Shown: in pieces, positions 36,105 through 42,511 of the stretch
Position numbering within the stretch: position 1 is the first letter of the stretch
How the letters are laid out: each line of letters starts with the position of its first letter
Source of the DNA: an uncultured Rhodospirillaceae bacterium
GTDB lineage: Bacteria > Pseudomonadota > Alphaproteobacteria > MPNO01 > UBA2964
Reading direction: 5' to 3'
Assembly (NCBI GenBank): GCA_964477025.1
Contig: CAYZDH010000003.1
Coordinates: 1 to 42,511, forward strand
DNA length: 42,511 nt
Translations under genes and position numbers: made by a program
Notes under the pieces: generated by a model
Seen by the model: the letters and a program-made list of their open reading frames with translations, nothing else
Databases searched by the model: none
Told to the model about the DNA's origin: nothing

Positions 36105-37217
36105 CTAAGCTTTAGCCGGGTCGTGCTTTGCTGATTGGGCCTTAGCTTTCGCCCATTCGGCAGGAGTAAGCTTTATTCTTCCGGCAAACTTATTAGTGAA
36201 AAGATTGCTGATTGGCGGCACGTTCTTGGCATTCATGTACTTAATGACAACGTTGCGAGTGCCAGTTTGATCAGCCTCATCCATCCAGCCAAGCCCATTT
36301 TTCTCAACGGCTGGCCCAATAGACAGGAAGTTCGTATTACCAGAATGTGTCAGCAATAAATCACGCGGCTTAGTCTTCAATTCAGGCCGTGCGGCGATCA
36401 TGTAGTCTAGTGATTTCCCTGGATCGAGGAGCTGTAACTTGAGGCCTTCCATTGCTCCATCGACTATTGCTTGAACAAGATCCGGCTCATTTTTAACCAT
36501 ATCGGGTCGCGAAATCAGGCCTAAATCAAGGGGCTGAAGACCGTAATCGGCATACATGAAGTGGACGGCAGGGGTCTTGCTCGCTAGCGACGCGGCATTA
36601 CTAACGTAATACGTGCCGGTGCAATCCGCTTGTTTGTTGAGGACAGAACTAATCAGCTTGCTGGGATGTACTAAGTTACGATTGATCTTGTTGATATCAA
36701 TACCAGCAGCGCGGGCGAAACCTGGCATCATTAGAGTGTCACCGGAGGCCGCGGCGCCGACCAAGATTTTGCCTTCTAGGTCCTTTGGTGTCTTGACACC
36801 AGAATCTTTACGGCAGGAAATTGCAATCGGGCTTTTCTGAAGTTTAGCCCCAATCGCAATAACATTGAGCCCCTTAGAAACACCATTTACCGCGACGCCA
36901 TAGCTGGCTTCTGCGAAGTTGACGGTCTTTGATGAGACGGCTTTGATAGCGGCACCTGAGCCATAGCCCCGCTGGATCGAAACGTCGAGACCACGCTTCT
37001 TCCAATAAACTGCAGCGGCAGCGAATTCAAAAGTATGGCCGCCCACGAATAACCAAGGCAGCATAAATTTCACCTTGCGCATCTTTGACGCGCCGACTTC
37101 GCTGACAATTCCCGGTGCAACGCCTGCGGCGAGCATTAGGCCGAGCCCTGTACTTCCTTTGACGACGGAACGCCGCGTGAGGTTTTTACCTGTGCTCTTG
37201 TCTTTAGATTTAGTCAT
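36105..37217 (-). CDS. ABC transporter substrate-binding protein (NMT1/THI5-like), Tat-exported
   Basis: LTRRSVVKG twin-arginine signal; GLDVSIQRGYGSG; TPKDLEGK; GGGAGAGG RBS. Confidence 0.88.
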   Translation of the reverse strand: MTKSKDKSTGKNLTRRSVVKGSTGLGLMLAAGVAPGIVSEVGASKMRKVKFMLPWLFVGGHTFEFAAAAVYWKKRGLDVSIQRGYGSGAAIKAVSSKTVNFAEASYGVAVNGVSKGLNVIAIGAKLQKSPIAISCRKDSGVKTPKDLEGKILVGAAASGDTLMMPGFARAAGIDINKINRNLVHPSKLISSVLNKQADCTGTYYVSNAASLASKTPAVHFMYADYGLQPLDLGLISRPDMVKNEPDLVQAIVDGAMEGLKLQLLDPGKSLDYMIAARPELKTKPRDLLLTHSGNTNFLSIGPAVEKNGLGWMDEADQTGTRNVVIKYMNAKNVPPISNLFTNKFAGRIKLTPAEWAKAKAQSAKHDPAKA

Positions 37218-37342
37218 AGTCTGACCTCTCCCATTCGATTTGTTTTTTAGTTCCTGTCAGTCCCTAAATTTCGTGGACCGATTTTGTCAGAGTACGATGA
37301 ATTTACTCTAATAAGTAGGAGAAATTTCAGGGAAATGTTTTT

Positions 37343-37927
37343 TTACCCAATTGTAATTTCCATCGATTTTTTTACGGCTGGACGGGCCATCATTAAGTCG
37401 ACCCAGCGCACAAGATTTGGATAGTCATTTAAGTTAATAAAATCGAACCCAAATGCTCCAAATCTGCCAATGACCATCATGTCGGCTATCGAATATTCAC
37501 CGGCGAAATATTTATTTTCAGCGAGGTGGTTCTCTACCGAATCTAGCAAGTTCCTGCACTGTTCTTCGAGATCGCGGGCGTGATTGAGATTAGAGAAGCT
37601 GACGGAGACGTTAGTAGCAAGGTAGTAGAGCCATTGTTTTACTGCCCATTTTTTTTCTATATCTGATCCAATAAACATACCGGTTTTTTCACCGATATAT
37701 TCAAGGATCGCTGCAGACTCCATTAATTGGACCGGCGTGCCGCCAGGTCCATCCGGATCCACCATACATGGAACCTTTCCACCGGGGCTGATCTTTAAAT
37801 ATTCAGATTCTTTGTTTTTCCCGCTGTGTGGATCAATTGGGATCAGCTTATAGGGTGTCCCAGTTTCCTCCAATATTATGATAGGACGGCGTCCATTGGC
37901 GGATTTCCATGAGTAAAGGTCAATCAT
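37343..37927 (-). CDS. Glutathione S-transferase (YfcG/Nu-class-like)
   Basis: MIDLYSWKSANG, ISPGGKVP, DPDGPGG, ESAAILEY, YFAGEYSIAD, ARPAV. Confidence 0.88.
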   Translation of the reverse strand: MIDLYSWKSANGRRPIIILEETGTPYKLIPIDPHSGKNKESEYLKISPGGKVPCMVDPDGPGGTPVQLMESAAILEYIGEKTGMFIGSDIEKKWAVKQWLYYLATNVSVSFSNLNHARDLEEQCRNLLDSVENHLAENKYFAGEYSIADMMVIGRFGAFGFDFINLNDYPNLVRWVDLMMARPAVKKSMEITIG

Positions 37928-37955
37928 TTTTTTCTTTCAAAAGAGGTTAGAAAAA

Positions 37956-38966
37956 CTATTCCCAATAAAGGAAACCCATGGCGTTACCTGTACCCGCTTC
38001 GGAGCGGTAGCAGGGCACGTAATCGACCAGGGTCATTGTCTTTTCGCATTCATCCATAACGGCTGCGACGGGTATCCAATTTTTAATCTCAGATGTACCA
38101 GATTGGTATAAATTCTCGGGGATCGCAATTAGTGTTTTGTGGTCGTGATTGATAAATGCATCAATGACCTTACGGTCTAAATCTTCATCGATTACGAAGT
38201 GGCTGAGTCCGCCCGATGCAAAGATTGCGACCCGAGCATCTGAATTCCAGCTTTCGATAGCATCTTTAAGGGCCTTGCCGAGGGCATAGCATCGGTTGGC
38301 CTTTGGCTGGTTGGGTGGGTAGAACGTGTTAACCAGGATAGGCACGTTAGGGGTTACGTCATCCTTCATAATCTGACGATATATAAAGCCAAACGCGTGG
38401 GGTATACCGTTGACGTAGCCGGAGCCCTTGGGGAGTCTTGAAGAGGCTGCAACGTCGAAGTCTGCATCAATTAAGGATTCAATAATATGTTTCCCGAGTT
38501 CGGGGTGACCGGGATAAGTGGTGTTTTCGGGCGGGACATGGCCACGTTCCGCAATAGCAATGCCGGGTGGTAAAGCTGCAATTTGTCTCTCCGTGCGGGG
38601 GTTATTTTGAATGCGGTCTCCCCAAAACACTGAAAATGCTGGAAAGTTATCTTCTAAAAATATTTCACGTTGGTCATTGCCGACGATCACCGCTACATCA
38701 GGTGCTACCTCGGCATATTTGGCTGCGAGGACCTCAAGTGCCACCTCACAGGCGGCAGATCGTTCCCGCCAGCGTTCCGGTGTAATCTGTTCTGCAAGGT
38801 GTTCCTCGGACCGCAACTCTACCAATTGGTCGAAACTATAAGCACCACCTCGGAAGTCATGACAGCCAAGCTTCTTGTCCGCCGCAACTCGCCCCCCCCA
38901 CTTTTCCCATGGTGTCGACAACATCGGTCCATGCGAAGTCCCAATCCCAAGTACTATTTCCGCCAT
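37956..38966 (-). CDS. Single-chain extradiol ring-cleavage dioxygenase, DesZ/LigZ (3-O-methylgallate 3,4-dioxygenase-like) subfamily
   Basis: MAEIVLGIGTSHGPML, VGNDQ, PHAFGF, NTFYPPNQP, SGGLSHF, QSGTSEIKNW, YVPCYRSEAGTGNAMGF. Confidence 0.85.
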   Translation of the reverse strand: MAEIVLGIGTSHGPMLSTPWEKWGGRVAADKKLGCHDFRGGAYSFDQLVELRSEEHLAEQITPERWRERSAACEVALEVLAAKYAEVAPDVAVIVGNDQREIFLEDNFPAFSVFWGDRIQNNPRTERQIAALPPGIAIAERGHVPPENTTYPGHPELGKHIIESLIDADFDVAASSRLPKGSGYVNGIPHAFGFIYRQIMKDDVTPNVPILVNTFYPPNQPKANRCYALGKALKDAIESWNSDARVAIFASGGLSHFVIDEDLDRKVIDAFINHDHKTLIAIPENLYQSGTSEIKNWIPVAAVMDECEKTMTLVDYVPCYRSEAGTGNAMGFLYWE

Positions 38967-39096
38967 AAATTCCTCGCAAAGTTTTTAAAAGACCATTACC
39001 GGAAATAAATTGCCGCGCAAGGCCGCTGTGCGTTTGTCTGCTTGTCATAACATTAGTACACTGCCATCAAATTTTACACATCTTCAGGGAAATCAT

Positions 39097-39999
39097 ATGC
39101 CAGACACAACAAGACTAAACGGTGTAATCAGCGCACTCGCAGCAGGACAGCCGACATTTACTGCATTCTCAACGCCGGATGTTCCGTCAGCAATCGCTTA
39201 CAGCACGAATACGGGCTATGACGGAATTGTGTTCGAAATGGAACACAATCCCTGGGATGGTCCCGTGCTCCGAGATTGTCTGCAGTATATGTTGAACCGT
39301 GGGCAGATCGCTAAATCTGGTTCTCTCGCCCCAGCCGTGACCCCGATGGTTCGGGTCCCACCCAATGGTAATGAGATGGCCCAATGGCAGGCTAAGCAGG
39401 CGCTTGATCTCGGTGTGTATGGCGTTGTATGGCCGCATATTAGCTCTGTTGAAGAGGCTTATAATGCAGTTGCGGCTTGTCGCTACCCCCGAATGAACGA
39501 CGCCCCTTTATATGAGCCCGCTGGTATTCGCGGTGATGGGCCGACCTCTGCCACTCGCTATTGGGGGCTCGGCCAGCAGGAATACTATAAGAAGGCGGAC
39601 GTATGGCCTCTGGCACCCGAAGGGGAGATACTGGTAGTCTTGATGATCGAAGATACCAAGGGCATGGCTGCGCTGCGCGATATTCTTAAAGATGTCCCTG
39701 GTGTTGGTGCCGTCCTGATCGGCGAGGGCGATTTAAGCCAAGAACTTGGTTATCCGCGTCAATATGAACATCCTGTGGTATTGGAGGCAATGGCAGAAAT
39801 CGTAGCAAATTGTAAAGAAGGGAATGTCGCTGTTGGTCACCCGCACGTAAACGCCGGAAATGTGCAACGTATCCTCGATGAAGGCTATACCTTCTTGATG
39901 GCCGCCCCGGTGCGCTCAACGCCGGGTCTCGACAAGGGGCTGGAACTCAGTGGACGTGGTGGTAGTGAAAAGCCAGCCGAACCCGCGCCTTCTTATTAA
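39097..39999 (+). CDS. HpcH/HpaI family class II aldolase
   Basis: FEMEH, MVRVP, QALDLGVYGVVWPH, GIRGDGP, LMIED, IGEGDLS; ATG at 39097. Confidence 0.88.
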   Translation: MPDTTRLNGVISALAAGQPTFTAFSTPDVPSAIAYSTNTGYDGIVFEMEHNPWDGPVLRDCLQYMLNRGQIAKSGSLAPAVTPMVRVPPNGNEMAQWQAKQALDLGVYGVVWPHISSVEEAYNAVAACRYPRMNDAPLYEPAGIRGDGPTSATRYWGLGQQEYYKKADVWPLAPEGEILVVLMIEDTKGMAALRDILKDVPGVGAVLIGEGDLSQELGYPRQYEHPVVLEAMAEIVANCKEGNVAVGHPHVNAGNVQRILDEGYTFLMAAPVRSTPGLDKGLELSGRGGSEKPAEPAPSY

Positions 40000-40108
40000 A
40001 TGATTTACTCGCTCGCCCTTTTTGCCCGTCCGACTAAACGAGGGGTGTTGTCGTTAGATTGTTGAGGGCTAAGCGTGTTGAAAACGAATAAATAAAAGGA
40101 GACTTTTC

Positions 40109-41128
40109 ATGATTATCGATTGCCACGGTCATTACACTACAGAGCCACCGCAGTTGACGGATTACCGCAAGGAGCAGCTAGAAGGTTTAGCTAATGATCC
40201 TAATTTTGTTCCCTCTGAGGCTAATTTTAGCTGCAGCGATGAAGAAATGGCTGAACGTCTTGAGGCAGCCCAGCTCAAGTTGCAGGCTGAAAGAGGGTCG
40301 GATTTAACAATCTTTTCGCCACGCGCTGTTGGCATGGGTCACCATCTCGGGACCCATAAAACCAGCGAGTATTGGGCAACGATTTGTAACAATATGGTCA
40401 AGCGTGCCTGCGACATGTATCCCGATAAGTTTGTACCGGTCTGCCAGCTGCCGCAGTATCCCGGCGTTGAACCGGCAAAAAGTGTTCCGGAGCTCAAACG
40501 GTGTGTAAATGAAATGGGGTTTATCGGCTTGAACCTTAATCCTGACCCATCAGGTGCAATGTGGACAGATCCGCCCATTACCGACAAATGGTGGTATCCC
40601 ATTTATGAGGCAATGGTCGAGCTGGATGTGCCAGCGATGCTGCATGTGAGTGGCTCCTGTAACCCGAACTTTCACCATACGGGGTCGCATTACCTGTGCG
40701 GCGACACAACGGTTTTTATGCAGCTGCTCATGTCTGATCTGTTCAAGGAGTTCCCGACCTTGAAGTTCATTATTCCACACGGTGGAGGCGCGGTCCCCTA
40801 TCATTGGGGTCGCTTTCGTGGCTTGGCCCAAGACATGGGACGCCCTCCTTTAGATGAGTTATTACTGGACAACGTATTCTTTGATACGTGTGTGTATCAT
40901 CAGGCGGGCATCGACTGCCTCCTAAAGGTGATACCCACCAAGAATATTTTATTCGCTTCAGAAATGGTTGGTGCCGTGCGGGGTATAGATCCTGAGACAG
41001 GATATAACTTTGACGATACAAAACGTTATATTGATGCGGCAGATATCTCAGATGCAGAGAAATCTCAGATATTTTCTGAAAATTCTTTTAGCGTGTTCTC
41101 TAGGCTTGGAGACGCTATAGCAGCATAA
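40109..41128 (+). CDS. ligJ: 4-oxalomesaconate hydratase LigJ
   Basis: MIIDCHGHYTT, IFSPRA, NLNPDPSG, PHGGGAVPYHWGRFRG, FFDTCVYHQ, FASEMVGAVRGIDP, DDTKRY; AGGAG RBS. Confidence 0.92.
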   Translation: MIIDCHGHYTTEPPQLTDYRKEQLEGLANDPNFVPSEANFSCSDEEMAERLEAAQLKLQAERGSDLTIFSPRAVGMGHHLGTHKTSEYWATICNNMVKRACDMYPDKFVPVCQLPQYPGVEPAKSVPELKRCVNEMGFIGLNLNPDPSGAMWTDPPITDKWWYPIYEAMVELDVPAMLHVSGSCNPNFHHTGSHYLCGDTTVFMQLLMSDLFKEFPTLKFIIPHGGGAVPYHWGRFRGLAQDMGRPPLDELLLDNVFFDTCVYHQAGIDCLLKVIPTKNILFASEMVGAVRGIDPETGYNFDDTKRYIDAADISDAEKSQIFSENSFSVFSRLGDAIAA

Positions 41129-41146
41129 GCACCTTTAAACGTACGA

Positions 41147-41173
41147 AAAGGGCCGGTAATTTGCCGGCCCTTT
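41147..41173 (+). terminator. Rho-independent terminator after ligJ
   Basis: aaagggccgg-taatttg-ccggcccttt followed by gcttt. Confidence 0.8.
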
Positions 41174-41222
41174 GCTTTAAAAAGGATAAATCTGATAAAT
41201 AATTTTCCAGCAATCAAAAAAC

Positions 41223-41309
41223 TTTTCCACAGTTTTTCCACAGAAAAATCCGCAGTTTTCCACAGCCTATAATACCATTTTCCCCGATGCATCCACCTAA
41301 TTATGCACA
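41223..41309 (+). promoter_or_regulatory. Cluster of DnaA boxes
   Basis: TTTTCCACA at 41223, 41234 and 41256, TTATGCACA at 41301; all fit TTWTNCACA. Confidence 0.75.
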
Positions 41310-41351
41310 AAATATAGTATGCAGTTGACTTAAAAACACTAATTCTTGTTG
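41305..41351 (+). promoter_or_regulatory. Tandem NrdR boxes
   Basis: GCACAAAATATAGTAT (41305-41320) and ACACTAATTCTTGTTG (41336-41351), 31 bp apart, flanking TTGACT, upstream of nrdA. Confidence 0.8.
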
Positions 41352-41408
41352 ACGTAATCATATTGCTTCGGGCACACTTCCTTACGTTCCGTTATGTTGT
41401 TGGAAGGG

Positions 41409-41550
41409 AGCCTAAGCGCAACGTCTGCTTTAGATTTGGTCTTAAAAGGCCAGGCAGGCGAGGGGTGGCTGACTCTTCTAATTTTATCAGACGTAACGTG
41501 AGCCCGGATCTTGGATTATACTGAGATATTCCAAATCCGGCGCTTAGGTT
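41409..41550 (+). ncRNA. Candidate structured 5' leader RNA of nrdA (unassigned family)
   Basis: 10-bp closing stem 41409-41418/41541-41550 enclosing three hairpins (see finding). Confidence 0.45.
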
Positions 41551-41583
41551 GTTTTGTAGTAAAGCGTATTGGGAGGTTCAGGG

Positions 41584-42385
41584 GTGCCAGATAGCGTAAA
41601 CGCAGAAATTTCGCCAGAAATTCTCCAGACGGAGCGCGGCATTCGGGTCATTATCGATCACAGCCGCGATGAAAAGCTGACCGAGTTTGGTAAAGAAACC
41701 CTATCCGATAGGTATCTGATGCCTGATGAAAGTTATCAGGACTTATTTGCCCGCGTTGCGGCGCACTACGCAGATGATTCGGAGCACGCTCAACGTCTCT
41801 ATAATTATATTAGTAACCTTTGGTTCATGCCCTCCACACCGGTTCTGTCAAATGGCGGCACCAAACGAGGCCTACCCATTTCCTGCTTTCTCAATGAAGC
41901 CAATGACAGTCTAGATGGCATCGTAAACCTTTGGAATGAGAATGTCTGGCTGGCAGCAAAAGGCGGTGGCATTGGCAGTTACTGGGGCAATTTGCGGTCA
42001 ATTGGTGAAAAGGTTGGAGCCAACGGCAAGACCTCTGGGATTATCCCTTTTATCCGAGTGATGGATTCTCTGACATTGGCGATTAGCCAAGGTTCTCTCC
42101 GCCGCGGTTCTGCTGCAATTTACCTGCCCATTGACCACCCAGAAATAGAAGAATTTATCGAGTTGCGGCGTCCAACAGGTGGCGATCCAAATCGAAAAGC
42201 GCTCAATCTTCATCATGGCATCCTGCTAACTGATGAATTTATGCGTCTGGTTGAAGAAGATGGGGAAATGCCGCTGCGGAGCCCGAAAGATAAGCATGTA
42301 GTGAGGACGGTGTCCGCTCGTTCGTTGTGGATTCGTCTACTTACGGCACGAGTAGAAACTGGCGAGCCATATTTCATTTATATAG
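41584..42385 (+). CDS. nrdA: Ribonucleoside-diphosphate reductase alpha subunit, class Ia without ATP-cone; truncated at about 42385
   Basis: LSDRYL, WFMPSTPVLSNGG, GLPISCFLN, GGGIG, SQGSLRRGSAA, HPEIEEF, ETGEPY; GTG at 41584 behind GGAGG; homology lost after GEPYFIYI. Confidence 0.92.
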
Positions 42386-42511
42386 CATTTTACCGTCAAC
42401 TAATAGGCAACAAAATGTTTCATATATTTTTAAAAAAAGGGATATATAATAAAAATATCGAGATAAATTCAAATAAAGAATCACCTGTGCTATTAGTCAA
42501 TTAAAGGAATT
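42386..42511. other. AT-rich sequence of different composition joined to nrdA (chimera, misassembly or insertion)
   Basis: 30 of 126 bases are G/C (about 24%) by hand count, versus about half in nrdA; translation no longer resembles RNR. Confidence 0.7.

Noticed and set aside
40010-40075. Imperfect hairpin between the aldolase and ligJ
   Set aside because: Many mismatches; at most an mRNA-stability element
41223-41265. TTTTCCACAG direct repeats as a CRISPR array or iterons
   Set aside because: Repeats are 10 bp with no spacers and no cas or rep gene; they fit the DnaA-box consensus
41378-41580. Cobalamin riboswitch upstream of nrdA
   Set aside because: No recognisable GGGAA / GCCACTG / B12-box elements; kept only as an unassigned structured leader
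784-42216. Numerous 60-130 aa ORFs antisense or out-of-frame within identified genes
   Set aside because: Shadow ORFs with no motifs, fully overlapping well-supported CDSs
1-42511. tRNA, rRNA, IS/transposase, integrase or phage genes
   Set aside because: None recognisable by eye on either strand

Overview
A 42.5 kb stretch of roughly mid-GC bacterial DNA. Gene content points to an alphaproteobacterium, probably marine (one-Cys DksA, ATP-cone-less NrdA, MntX). It is dominated by aromatic-compound catabolism. Left: 3' end of mobA, an HTH-only modE, a two-subunit NAD-linked formate dehydrogenase of the Methylorubrum FDH1 type split by an amidohydrolase gene, a DUF3553 gene and dksA. Middle: orphan enzymes (OCD/mu-crystallin, 4,5-dihydroxyphthalate decarboxylase-like, CoxL-like, DUF427, LLM, AhpD, Smr-like, TctC, cupin). 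Then a phthaloyl-CoA-decarboxylase-like UbiD, a VanA-like Rieske oxygenase, two unusual tandem CoA ligases, boxC-boxB without boxA, 3-hydroxybenzoate 6-hydroxylase, benzoate-CoA ligase and an amidase. Right: mntX/mntR, a ligI-like gene, a NitT/TauT ABC transporter whose permease has two in-frame stops, a GST, a DesZ/LigZ-type dioxygenase, an HpcH aldolase, ligJ, and an nrdA that breaks off into AT-rich sequence. nrdA is preceded by DnaA boxes, tandem NrdR boxes and a structured leader. Best novelty candidates: (1) an aerobic hybrid phthalate to phthaloyl-CoA to benzoyl-CoA to Box pathway that may use ATP-dependent ligases; (2) a syringate/3-O-methylgallate route in which an HpcH aldolase may replace LigK; (3) a multi-stem RNA leader of nrdA. 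All family assignments come from motif recognition and recall, with no database search.
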